64,000 nucleotides of DNA from an uncultured Pontibacter sp. (GCF_947492645.1 NZ_CANLMZ010000013.1:10195-74194); one strand, 5' to 3'. Counted from the first letter of the stretch, positions 47,031 to 56,505 are shown. Notes: generated by a model from the letters alone, not told the origin. Program-made: numbers and translations.

Positions 47031-47693
47031 ATGACAAAGAGGTTATACTTGATTATAATAGCTTCACTATTAATCTTTTTATCTATAAGTTATGGCTTAC
47101 ATTCTTTAGGGTATGTAAACATTCACTACACTAAAAATGATAACTTGTTTTTCGAAGGTAAAATAGCGCTTGTGCCCTTTGGAGAAATTAGAAACTCTGA
47201 AGTTCAGTATGTGAAGGCCCAGATTGAAAAGTTTTATGGATTTGAAGTTGATGTTTTAAATAGAGCTAAAATGCCAGCTAATGCTTTTTACAAGCCACGT
47301 AGCAGGTACAAGGCAAGTAAGGTATTAGATCATCTTATAGCCACTAAATCTGTAGAATATGATAAGGTTATTGCATTATCTAATGACGACATTTCTGCTA
47401 AAGTTAAAGGGTATAAAGACTGGGGAGTAATAGGACTCGCTTATCTGGGGAATTCAGCTTGCATTGTATCTACTTACAGGCTAGGAAAACAAAAAGTAAG
47501 TAGTGATAGATTTAAAAGTAGATTGGCAAAAGCTTCGTTGCATGAGCTAGGCCATACGTTGGGTTTGCCACACTGCGATAGAACTGATTACTGTTTTATG
47601 AATGATGCAAAAGGTAAAGTTTCAACGATTGATAGAGCAAATCTAACTTTATGTGATTACTGCCAAAAACAGATTCTGATCTATCAACTTTAA
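47031..47693 (+). CDS. archaemetzincin-type zinc metallopeptidase with N-terminal membrane anchor
   Basis: 220 aa. HELGHTLGLPHCDRTDYCFM-x17-CDYC fits the archaemetzincin signature HExxHxxGxxHC...CxM-x17-CxxC. The N-terminal hydrophobic helix is LYLIIIASLLIFLSISYGL. Confidence 0.8.
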   Translation: MTKRLYLIIIASLLIFLSISYGLHSLGYVNIHYTKNDNLFFEGKIALVPFGEIRNSEVQYVKAQIEKFYGFEVDVLNRAKMPANAFYKPRSRYKASKVLDHLIATKSVEYDKVIALSNDDISAKVKGYKDWGVIGLAYLGNSACIVSTYRLGKQKVSSDRFKSRLAKASLHELGHTLGLPHCDRTDYCFMNDAKGKVSTIDRANLTLCDYCQKQILIYQL

Positions 47694-47923
47694 GGTTTAA
47701 TTCTGCCAGCTATTATTTGCTCTATATTTCCACATTTGTTTTTTTGCTGCTTAAGCATATCTAATTGATGTTACTATGAAATTTATATTATAAGCATATA
47801 ATATAGGGTATTATATATGCGTTATTCCTAGCATTAGATTCAGCACACTTTATGTTACCGTAAGAGTCAGCTTTGTTTGTTTAGCTACTCGAAAATCAGA
47901 AGTATAAAATTAGGTTATACAGA

Positions 47924-48439
47924 TTGAAGAAGCTTATACTGTTCCTCGCACTATTACTAATAACATCATATTTAATGAAAGATTTTCTTCTGGAAAAGAG
48001 ATTATCTAGTGATGCTGTCATAGATAAACTTAGTATTGATAAATCTGAGAGAGAATTAAGTGTTTATTCTAAGGGCAAGCTACTTAAGACTTATTCAATA
48101 TCATTGGGTAAAGAGCCTATTGGAGATAAGCAGTTTGAAGGTGATAATAAAACTCCAGAAGGCTTATACTTTATAAACGGAAAGAACTCTCAAAGTAGTT
48201 ACTACAAAAATCTAGGCATTTCCTATCCTAACTCTGAGGATAGAAATGAAGCTAAGAAACTTAGTAAGTCAGCAGGCGGAGACATCAAGATTCATGGGTT
48301 GCCTAACAAATTGCCATTTCTTGGCCGATTGCACCGCATTACAGATTGGACTGCAGGATGTGTAGCAGTTACTAATGAAGAAATGGATGAGCTATTTAAT
48401 ACTGTAAAGATGGGTACACCTATTGAAATCAAGCCATAA
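47924..48439 (+). CDS. L,D-transpeptidase (YkuD/ErfK family)
   Basis: 171 aa with a TTG start and a signal/anchor helix. The catalytic block is IKIHGLPN...TAGCVAVTNEEMDELF (H-G...G-C). Confidence 0.8.
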   Translation: MKKLILFLALLLITSYLMKDFLLEKRLSSDAVIDKLSIDKSERELSVYSKGKLLKTYSISLGKEPIGDKQFEGDNKTPEGLYFINGKNSQSSYYKNLGISYPNSEDRNEAKKLSKSAGGDIKIHGLPNKLPFLGRLHRITDWTAGCVAVTNEEMDELFNTVKMGTPIEIKP

Positions 48440-48455
48440 TCAAAGCACATAAGGC

Positions 48456-49472
48456 ATGTACAGGTTTGTTGCGACTCTTATTGTAATAATGTTATTGAAT
48501 ACACAGAAGGTGTTTGCTAATAGTAACTATTCTGGTCTAAACAAAACTTTCAAGAAAATAGAGAATCTGTATTCTAGAAAAAAATATGAAAATGTTCTTA
48601 ATGAAATCAGACTATTAGAAAATCAAAGGTTTGGTAAAAATGGGAAATTAAAGTTCTCTTTAAAAGATGATGTAAGGTATTATCATTTGAAATTATCATC
48701 TAGGGTCCAACTGAAAAGATATGGATCTCTAAAAGAAACTGTTGCTCTTTATGAAAGGCTTCTTGCTTTAGATAGTACTAAGTACTACTCAGCAATGGAT
48801 CATTATGATACATTTAATGATTACCTAAAACAAGCATCGGAGAATTTGTTCAAAAAGAACCAAATCGCCTTTACCAGAAGATTAGTAAATATTTTGGCTT
48901 CACAAGGAGATACTACTTGGGTTTATAAAAAAGCTTATCCAGACAGGCAATCACTACAGTTTCTAGATAAAGAAAAGCTACATAAGTTCTTGAAAAACTA
49001 TGACTATACTAAAATAGATAGTATTGCTTTAGCCACTACAAAGCAAACAAGTATAGAAAACCAAGCTTGGGCTTTAACAAAAGACTTTACTTATGATTTT
49101 CAAAAAGTACGGGCCATATACATCTGGATAGTCAATAACATAGATTATGATCATACCTATAGAATTTACGATGAAGAACGTACTTTTAAGAGTAATACCG
49201 GCGTCTGTAGTGGGTTCAGCTACTTATTCAAAGAGATGTGTAATAAGGTCGGCCTAAAAGCTAAAAGTATTATTGGTGTTGCTGATAATGGGGTAGAAAT
49301 AGGAGGCCATGCTTGGAATTCAGTTGAAATTGAAGGCTACCCATTTTTAATTGAGAGTACCTGGGCATCTTGTGTTAAATATAAAACTGAGTACTACTAT
49401 CTGATCAGAGAAAAGGATTTAGCGAAAACTCACAAAGCGGATCCGTTAAAGAATAATTTACTGGAATATTAG
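48456..49472 (+). CDS. secreted transglutaminase-like protein, copy 2
   Basis: 338 aa, collinear with 31060..32070 over its full length (KKIENLYSRKKYENVLNEIRLLENQRFGKNGKLKFSLKDD...; TGVCSGFSYLFKEMC...GGHAWNSVE...IESTWASCVK). Confidence 0.7.
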   Translation: MYRFVATLIVIMLLNTQKVFANSNYSGLNKTFKKIENLYSRKKYENVLNEIRLLENQRFGKNGKLKFSLKDDVRYYHLKLSSRVQLKRYGSLKETVALYERLLALDSTKYYSAMDHYDTFNDYLKQASENLFKKNQIAFTRRLVNILASQGDTTWVYKKAYPDRQSLQFLDKEKLHKFLKNYDYTKIDSIALATTKQTSIENQAWALTKDFTYDFQKVRAIYIWIVNNIDYDHTYRIYDEERTFKSNTGVCSGFSYLFKEMCNKVGLKAKSIIGVADNGVEIGGHAWNSVEIEGYPFLIESTWASCVKYKTEYYYLIREKDLAKTHKADPLKNNLLEY

Positions 49473-49665
49473 TAAATTTTTATTCTATCCTGTGCTAAGT
49501 CTCTAATGAGTATGGGGCTTTCTACAGCTTCTAATCTTATCTAATGTATATTAATATCAAAATAGCTAATATCGGTACAAGAAGTTAATAAAATAGTGTA
49601 ACAGGTTGATATTGAGTTGCTAGGCTAATGTTTTAATTTAATTGTAATTTATTCGAATATATTCT

Positions 49666-52600
49666 TTATTTAATGTTTCCTATTTCAAAAGTATAATAAG
49701 GTTTTAACTCCAATACTTTAATATAATCAGCCCTTTTCTCAGGGTATCTACTAATTTTATTGAATAGTTTACCTCGCTTTAAATAGTATTCAGCCTCATA
49801 TGGATCTATTTCGATTGCCATTGAGTAATCATTTAAAGCACCTTTGTTATCTCCTTGCAATTCTTTTGTTTGTGCTCTTAAAAAATAGAACTCGGGATCA
49901 TAAGGCATTAACTCTATAGCTTTTGAATAATTTAGGATCGCTCCACTTACATCTGGAATCCCTAATTGTGCTTTGGCTTTTTGTTTATAAGTGTACTTAA
50001 TTGTAGGATCTGCTTTTAATGCTCTATCACATTCTTTAATAGCACCTATAAAGTCATCATGATTTATCATTAAAAGTATCTTATCAAAGATATACTCTCC
50101 ATTAAAAATATCTTCATTACCAATAGCTAAATCATAATATTTTAAAGCTTCATCATAGTTTCCATATTCACTTTCAATTTCAGCTTTAACAGTATGATAA
50201 TATCCTTCAAAATTAAAATAGCCTAGAGTATTAGCCTCATCGCAATCGCGTATAGCTCCTGTATAATCACCATTTTTTGATTTAACAAGGCATCTTAGTC
50301 GATAAACTGAGGAGTTGTAACTGTTGTTTGGGTACAATTCAAGAATTTCATTGCAATCTTCTATAGCTCCTTCATAATCTAGCAATTGAAATTTAGCATA
50401 TGCTCTGATATGAAGTCCGCCAAGACTTTGGTCGGCTAGTAAAGTGATCAGTTGGTAATCTTCATTTGCGCCATTATGATCACCAAGTTTATTTCTTAAT
50501 TCAGCTCTTAATTTATAATTAAAAATAGAAGGTTCGTGATTTATTACCCAATCAATAATTTCCAAAGCGCCATTATAATCACTTATATCCATTCTAAATC
50601 TAGCAAGATCTAAATAGCGAGGTATCTTATTAGGTGATAGTTCTATCAGCGTATTATATTCTTCCATAGCACCTAAATAATCACCATACTTGGCCCTTAA
50701 TTCAACTCTAACTCTGAAGTAATACTGTTCCACTAGATTAGAATTAAGCTCCTCCATCATTCCTGAAATATCTCCAGAAATTGCCTTCACTTTAGCTCTT
50801 TCGATGTATAGTAACCAATTGTCAGAAGTTAATGCTATGGCTTTATCATAATCATTTATTGCTCCTTGTAAATCACGAAACCAATTACTGCTTTTGGCCT
50901 CAGCTCTTTTTATATAATATTCAGCACTTTCAGGGGAATATTCAATAGCTTTATCGTAATCTTTAATCGCATCTTTGTGCTTGCCTAATTTGACTTTGAG
51001 CTCTGCACGCAAAATATAAAATTCGATTTCTGAAGGTTTTCTTGTAAGTACAATGTCTAAATCATTCACAGCATCAGAAAAATTTCCTAATTTTTCGTGA
51101 ATTTTAGCTCGTTTAATATAAAGTTTAGTTCTGCTAGGCTGTAATAAAATAAGTTTATCAAAATCTGAAAGAGCATTCTGCTGTTGATTAAGACGCAGAT
51201 AAATCTCAGCTCTATTTAGTAAATAATATCCCTTTGATGGTGTTAGTTCTATTATTCTAGAATACTCTGCAATTAGATTATTACAATATTCTTCATGTTT
51301 TGGTTGATTCTTTTCTAGATGCCTTTTTAGAATTATTTCTTTACAAAAAGCCTTTTCGCAGTACCCATTAACATCCTCAGGGTTAGAGCTAATGTGCTGG
51401 GAAAAATCATTAATTGCAGCTTCGTAGTCACCGAGGTTTTTATAGCATATGCCACGGTTAAAGTAAACGGGTGTTTGATAATCCTTGCAATTTTCTATAA
51501 TTCTATCCAAGTCCTTAATAGCCTCAACGTATTTCTCTTCTGAAATATGAGATATTGCTCTATGTTCCAGAGCGGAATAAAGTAGAGTGTTACTTAAAGA
51601 TTGGAAATTAATGACCTCGGTAAGATCATCAATTGCTGATTTATGAGAGCCTATTTTCTGCTTACATAAACCGGTCAATAATACTAAATTTTGCCATTCG
51701 TAATGAAAAGTATCGTCAGTAGTCGTTTTTTCGATGTAGGTAGAAGCATTATAAAAATAATCTATTGCATCACCATATTCCTCCTGTTTATAAAGAATTT
51801 GACCCATAAAAAAAACTGCTAAACCATTCTCGCAATCCTGTTCAAATGCAACACTACAGTCATCAAGTGCTTCGTCTAATCTATCTGCTTTAATGAGTGA
51901 ATATGCTCTAGCACAATATGCAGCTGGGTAATGAGAGTGAATTTCAATTGCTTTTGTAAAACATTCTATAGCTTTAATAAAATTAAAGTCTATATACATA
52001 AGGCCTAAAGTATAGTTATCTAGCGCTTCTTTTGCTATTGAATCATCTACTAAAGGTGTACTAAAATTAACAGGTGTGGGAGGAATTGATATATCATTTA
52101 TTAAATGAGATTCTGGTTCAACAGCTTTAGTAGCAATTATAAGATCATCTACTTCTTCCCTTTTAACACCTAGGTGAACAAGTATTTTTTTTATCTCATC
52201 TTCTGTAAATTTTTCTAAACCACAATAAATAAAATTACTGTCAGTAGCTATGCCTTGAATATCTGATATATGAAACCAACTATCTGTAATAGGTGATGTT
52301 TGCTGTATATAAACGATAGGCTTTTTAAATAACACCAACCCCTGAATACTATTGATAGCTCTTACTTGATAAAGTGATTGGCCTAATAGCTTAATATTGT
52401 TGTCTAAGGAAATGTAGGGATTATTGCCAACCATAACATTTTTTCCTGCTCTCCAATTACCCGTTTTTCTAGGTTCTATTCTTCCTCCATAATCCTGAAA
52501 GTCGATGATACAAACTGTGTTATTAGTAATTAGAACTGCATCGTATGGTTTATGATGAATGTAAACATTACCAACAAGAGCTAAAAATTTGTCTTCATCA

Positions 52601-52698
52601 GTCCAGGTTTCTCTTAGCCTTTCAGCTAGATCTTTAAATAACTGATTCTTAAATGAGGTGTTAAAGTAGGGGGCGTGGGAGAAAATATGTAAAGGCAT
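49666..52698 (-). CDS. NERD-like N-terminal domain fused to a very long TPR array
   Basis: 1010 aa. The N-terminus (LALVGNVYIHHKPYDAVLITNNTVCIIDFQDYGGRIEPRKTGNW) resembles the NERD nuclease-related domain with the E-x-K position changed to D-F-Q. From about aa 225 onwards there are about 20 or more 34-residue TPR-like units (A..Y..RA......G.Y..AI.DY..AI...P). Confidence 0.65.
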   Translation of the reverse strand: MPLHIFSHAPYFNTSFKNQLFKDLAERLRETWTDEDKFLALVGNVYIHHKPYDAVLITNNTVCIIDFQDYGGRIEPRKTGNWRAGKNVMVGNNPYISLDNNIKLLGQSLYQVRAINSIQGLVLFKKPIVYIQQTSPITDSWFHISDIQGIATDSNFIYCGLEKFTEDEIKKILVHLGVKREEVDDLIIATKAVEPESHLINDISIPPTPVNFSTPLVDDSIAKEALDNYTLGLMYIDFNFIKAIECFTKAIEIHSHYPAAYCARAYSLIKADRLDEALDDCSVAFEQDCENGLAVFFMGQILYKQEEYGDAIDYFYNASTYIEKTTTDDTFHYEWQNLVLLTGLCKQKIGSHKSAIDDLTEVINFQSLSNTLLYSALEHRAISHISEEKYVEAIKDLDRIIENCKDYQTPVYFNRGICYKNLGDYEAAINDFSQHISSNPEDVNGYCEKAFCKEIILKRHLEKNQPKHEEYCNNLIAEYSRIIELTPSKGYYLLNRAEIYLRLNQQQNALSDFDKLILLQPSRTKLYIKRAKIHEKLGNFSDAVNDLDIVLTRKPSEIEFYILRAELKVKLGKHKDAIKDYDKAIEYSPESAEYYIKRAEAKSSNWFRDLQGAINDYDKAIALTSDNWLLYIERAKVKAISGDISGMMEELNSNLVEQYYFRVRVELRAKYGDYLGAMEEYNTLIELSPNKIPRYLDLARFRMDISDYNGALEIIDWVINHEPSIFNYKLRAELRNKLGDHNGANEDYQLITLLADQSLGGLHIRAYAKFQLLDYEGAIEDCNEILELYPNNSYNSSVYRLRCLVKSKNGDYTGAIRDCDEANTLGYFNFEGYYHTVKAEIESEYGNYDEALKYYDLAIGNEDIFNGEYIFDKILLMINHDDFIGAIKECDRALKADPTIKYTYKQKAKAQLGIPDVSGAILNYSKAIELMPYDPEFYFLRAQTKELQGDNKGALNDYSMAIEIDPYEAEYYLKRGKLFNKISRYPEKRADYIKVLELKPYYTFEIGNIK

Positions 52699-52811
52699 AA
52701 TAGTTACAATAAGAATCTAAATATATAAATATAGATGCTATTATAAAACTGAGGTATGCTACTTGGGATGAAATAATTGAATTGGCAAATTTTATGACAC
52801 CTAACCAGTAT

Positions 52812-53837
52812 CTACATACAATCACTACTTTTTATACTTTCTAGTAGACCGTATTCATGTAAGGCAAGACTAAAATCGTTTTTCATTTTTTCTTTCAGAT
52901 GGTCGGGCTCTATTACTACTAATTTATTGCCAAAGCTCAGCAGTTTTGCTTTTAGCTCTACATTAATACCTACCTCAAGTGTAAATGTATTATTTGCATT
53001 ATTTAGTAATTTTTGAGAGCTGTGTATAGGCTTTGTTTCAATGTATTTTCTATGGGACGCAACAATTTTAAAAATTACTGTTTCTATACCTGTAGCAGGT
53101 ATACTAACACCAATAAGGTGGTTAAGTTGATCCAATAATTGTGTGGCATTCTCAGGTGCTTGTAGTTCATTGGTTTGTTTTACGTCAATAATTCTATCGA
53201 GCGGAAAATTTTGAAGACACTTATAATCCTGATTATAGCCAATAAAAAACCAACGACCATTATATTCTTTTAACAATAAAGGGAAAGTATCAAAGTCTGC
53301 CGGAGCTTCATAAGAGAAGGGTTGATAGGAGATGGTAAGGCCTTGCTGTGCTTTGGTATAAACAAGTAATTTGCTTAACCATTTCTGAGCAGCAGGGTAC
53401 TCAGTCTTCTCAAATTGTATGTAGGAGCGCTCATCATCTTTTTTAGCAGATAATACATTCTGCAGCTTTTCTTCAACCTGGCGCAATGCTTCCAATTGAC
53501 CTAATTCGCTAAACTGCTCCAATACGGAAAGTGAATTTCTGATCGTCTGGTAATCTTCTTCTGTTAGAGGTGTGTTAGTGATAGAGAAGTTTCTGTCGCT
53601 ATAAAAATAATAGCCTTCTTCGCAAACTATAGGTGCTTCGTAACCAAACTTGCCGCTGCGCATATCCTTTATATCTTCCTGCACACTGCGCTTGCTTATA
53701 CCTTTATACACGCCTTCATATTCCTCAAGTGCTTCAGAACATTCTTCCATTAAATCGTCTAAAGTATATCTGCGGAATTTATTTCGGAAACATCTGTCTA
53801 ACACCTTTAAGCGGACCAGTTTATTCTTATTCGCCAT
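52812..53837 (-). CDS. WYL-domain transcriptional regulator (wHTH + WYL, BrxR/CapW-like architecture)
   Basis: 341 aa. The N-terminal HTH region is RLKVLDRCFRN...YTLDDLMEECS. The central WYL-type strand is YNGRWFFIGYN, and there is a C-terminal extension. Confidence 0.75.
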   Translation of the reverse strand: MANKNKLVRLKVLDRCFRNKFRRYTLDDLMEECSEALEEYEGVYKGISKRSVQEDIKDMRSGKFGYEAPIVCEEGYYFYSDRNFSITNTPLTEEDYQTIRNSLSVLEQFSELGQLEALRQVEEKLQNVLSAKKDDERSYIQFEKTEYPAAQKWLSKLLVYTKAQQGLTISYQPFSYEAPADFDTFPLLLKEYNGRWFFIGYNQDYKCLQNFPLDRIIDVKQTNELQAPENATQLLDQLNHLIGVSIPATGIETVIFKIVASHRKYIETKPIHSSQKLLNNANNTFTLEVGINVELKAKLLSFGNKLVVIEPDHLKEKMKNDFSLALHEYGLLESIKSSDCM

Positions 53838-53859
53838 ATATTTTTTAATATATTTGAGA

Positions 53860-53895
53860 AATGCAGAAAGGCTGCACTTTAGTATAATACTTTTG
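53860..53895 (+). promoter_or_regulatory. 19-bp element AATGCAGAAAGGCTGCACT + TAnnTTTG box (copy 1, WYL/ATPase divergent region)
   Basis: The element at 53860-53878 contains the palindrome TGCAG-N5-CTGCA. TACTTTTG at 53888-53895 starts 10 nt after the element. The element sequence and spacing are identical at 56442-56477. Confidence 0.65.
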
Positions 53896-53899
53896 TATC

Positions 53900-55423
53900 A
53901 TGAATAGAATATCACTGTCCAATTTTAGGATTTTCCAGAAGGCAACAGCGTTTGATCTTGCCCCTATCACTATACTTACCGGCAGAAATAGTTCTGGAAA
54001 ATCTTCCCTAATTAAAGCTTTTATTCTATTAGCTGATTTTATTGGTTCAGAAGAAAGCCATTTAAGACTAAATCTAAATGGTGAAAGAGCTTCTAAACAT
54101 AAAATTAACAAATTTGAAAACTTAAAGAATTGGTTTGAGGAGGATAATGAAACAATATTATCTTATGAAGATGATGAATATGTGTTCACACTTACCTTTC
54201 GACTTTTTGTAGAGCCAAATTTTGCAGAATTAGATAGTTTACATATAGAACTTAAGCCCTTAAAAGATATACTAAAGCTTGAAAATGCTTATGGATCATA
54301 TGAATTATCAGTATCTCAAAATTTTATAGACTTTACTACCAAGGGTGACGCAGACAAAGATATACTCAAGAGTCAGGCTGAATATCTCAATGAATTCAAA
54401 ATAATCAAAGAAGAGTTTAAGAAGCTTTCATCTATACTACATTCTAAAGACGATTTTAACTATGGTTCGCGAGGAAATGGATCTTCAGTTGATTCAATGG
54501 TGGATGTAGTTGAGCAAAGGCAAAAGATTGAAACTAGGATGGCTTTGCTCAAGTCAATTATCAATCCAAACTATTTTAAAGATAAAGGTATCAACTTCCA
54601 ATCAAATGTTGATATTGAAAACTTTTATAGACCAACAATTCCAAATTTGATTAAAGATTGTTTGTTAAAGTATGTAGACACAAATACTTCTTACAAATTT
54701 TCAAACAAAGAAGAGCGAAGGTATATTTTAGATTTTACTGATAAGCTAAAAAAGTTGATGAGCTTTACTTCTTATCATTTAGGACCTAATAGGACATTTC
54801 AATCGAGATTATACAATAATGATCATAATGGAAGTGAGATAAACAAAATAATTGAAGACTTTATAATACATGAACCTGTACACAACTCAGAAGCAGGGTT
54901 ATTTCTGCGTAAGTGGTTGAAAAGGTTCGAGATAGGCGATTTACTATCCGTAGAGCAAATAGAAGGAACTGCTACAAAAGTAGAAGTACGGCAGAAAGGC
55001 AGGTTGGTAAACTTAGCAGATTTAGGTTTTGGTGCAGGTCAAATTCTCACTATACTTATGCATGTTACCGCTATCATTGAGAGAAAGCTATCCAATTCAA
55101 AGCATTCAGAAACTATTCTTGTCTTAATTGAAGAGCCAGAAGCAAACTTACATCCCAAACTACAATCTTTATTAGCAGAGTTCTTCGCCGAAGCTGCTCT
55201 AAAATATAATCTGCAGTTTATTTTAGAGACACATTCCGAATACTTAATTAGGAAGGTGCAGGTGCTGGTGAAGGAGAAAAAACTTAACAGTTTATTCAAG
55301 GTGTATTACTTTGATGAAGAGGGGCCTTACGAAATGAAAATGCGGGAAGATGGAAAGTTCATTGATGAATTTGGAGAAGGCTTTCTAGATGAATCAAGAA
55401 AGCTTGCTTTTAAAGTCCTTTAG
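53900..55423 (+). CDS. AAA_15/ABC-type ATPase (OLD/Gabija-class N-terminal ATPase fold, DUF3696-like C-terminus)
   Basis: 507 aa with Walker A LTGRNSSGKSSL, signature/Walker B region LVLIEEPEANLHP, an H-loop ETHSEYL, and a long helical insertion between them. Confidence 0.75.
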   Translation: MNRISLSNFRIFQKATAFDLAPITILTGRNSSGKSSLIKAFILLADFIGSEESHLRLNLNGERASKHKINKFENLKNWFEEDNETILSYEDDEYVFTLTFRLFVEPNFAELDSLHIELKPLKDILKLENAYGSYELSVSQNFIDFTTKGDADKDILKSQAEYLNEFKIIKEEFKKLSSILHSKDDFNYGSRGNGSSVDSMVDVVEQRQKIETRMALLKSIINPNYFKDKGINFQSNVDIENFYRPTIPNLIKDCLLKYVDTNTSYKFSNKEERRYILDFTDKLKKLMSFTSYHLGPNRTFQSRLYNNDHNGSEINKIIEDFIIHEPVHNSEAGLFLRKWLKRFEIGDLLSVEQIEGTATKVEVRQKGRLVNLADLGFGAGQILTILMHVTAIIERKLSNSKHSETILVLIEEPEANLHPKLQSLLAEFFAEAALKYNLQFILETHSEYLIRKVQVLVKEKKLNSLFKVYYFDEEGPYEMKMREDGKFIDEFGEGFLDESRKLAFKVL

Positions 55424-55428
55424 CCGAT

Positions 55429-56436
55429 ATGAGACTACACATAGACAAAGCCAATTTGATTAACATCTTTCGTGAGGATGAGCACTATCTTCAAAAAGAT
55501 GTCATCAAAACTATGAAGCTTAACCTTGATGTACAGTTTAATTTCTCTAAACAAGAAATAGGAGCTGATGAATTTCTTTCGATGCAAATGCTTCAATTTA
55601 CTGAGGGTATTGGAGAAGATGTTGATCATTTTTATGAAGAAGAGAATTATGTACCTTATCTAATTGACAGCGATGTACACAAATCTCATCCAAACAAACA
55701 ATCTCTTTTCCTGCTAGATAATCCAGCAGAAGTAATACAAGAATGTAAATTAAATGGGGGTTTATTGATTCAAGGTTTAGGTGAGGAGTTTGACCTTTTT
55801 GAAAAGTTGTTTCTATTCAGAAAGGATGCTGGTTTTCATAAAGGATTGAAAATAGGATCTGATCATCTAAAATCGTGGCCATGTTTAAGCCCTTATGCAC
55901 TGCCATTCACGGATCTAATTTTGATAGATAATTATATAGCAAATGACTCTTCAATTTTAGATAGCAACTTAATTGATTTGCTTAAGAACCTTCATCTTAA
56001 TAAAAGTATAGAAACTAACATAGTCATATTCACAGATAAGACTAAACAGGCTATCAGTATTGATAACCTAAGAAGTAAGATAATTAAGGCAATAAAGAAA
56101 GTTACTGGAAAATGCCCCAAAGTTACCATAGTGCTTTGGAAAGAGTCAAAAGATAGAAAGCATATAGATTATGGTAACCAATACACCGAACATGACCGAA
56201 CTATACTTCTGAACTATGTTAGGTTTAAATCTGGAGACTCTTTTAATTACTTCAATAGTAGTGGAGTGAAAATCACTCTTGGAAGAGAATTGGATATATT
56301 CAGTTTGGCCAATAGAGATAATTTTATACTTGCTAAAGATATTATCAATGACTTGAATAAGTATATAGCTTGGGCAAAGGAAAAAAACTCTGAAAACATA
56401 CAGGGCGACAAAAAGTCAAATTTTTTAAAATTTTAA
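55429..56436 (+). CDS. hypothetical protein, likely partner of the upstream ATPase
   Basis: 335-aa ORF starting 6 nt after the ATPase stop. AT-rich, with no recognised motif. Confidence 0.55.
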   Translation: MRLHIDKANLINIFREDEHYLQKDVIKTMKLNLDVQFNFSKQEIGADEFLSMQMLQFTEGIGEDVDHFYEEENYVPYLIDSDVHKSHPNKQSLFLLDNPAEVIQECKLNGGLLIQGLGEEFDLFEKLFLFRKDAGFHKGLKIGSDHLKSWPCLSPYALPFTDLILIDNYIANDSSILDSNLIDLLKNLHLNKSIETNIVIFTDKTKQAISIDNLRSKIIKAIKKVTGKCPKVTIVLWKESKDRKHIDYGNQYTEHDRTILLNYVRFKSGDSFNYFNSSGVKITLGRELDIFSLANRDNFILAKDIINDLNKYIAWAKEKNSENIQGDKKSNFLKF

Positions 56437-56441
56437 ATTCC

Positions 56442-56477
56442 AATGCAGAAAGGCTGCACTCCCTGCCCGTACCTTTG
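56442..56477 (+). promoter_or_regulatory. 19-bp element AATGCAGAAAGGCTGCACT + TAnnTTTG box (copy 2, upstream of hsdM)
   Basis: The element is at 56442-56460. TACCTTTG at 56470-56477 starts 10 nt after the element, as in copy 1. Confidence 0.65.
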
Positions 56478-56505
56478 CATTATAATTACAGAATAACACA
56501 TACCC

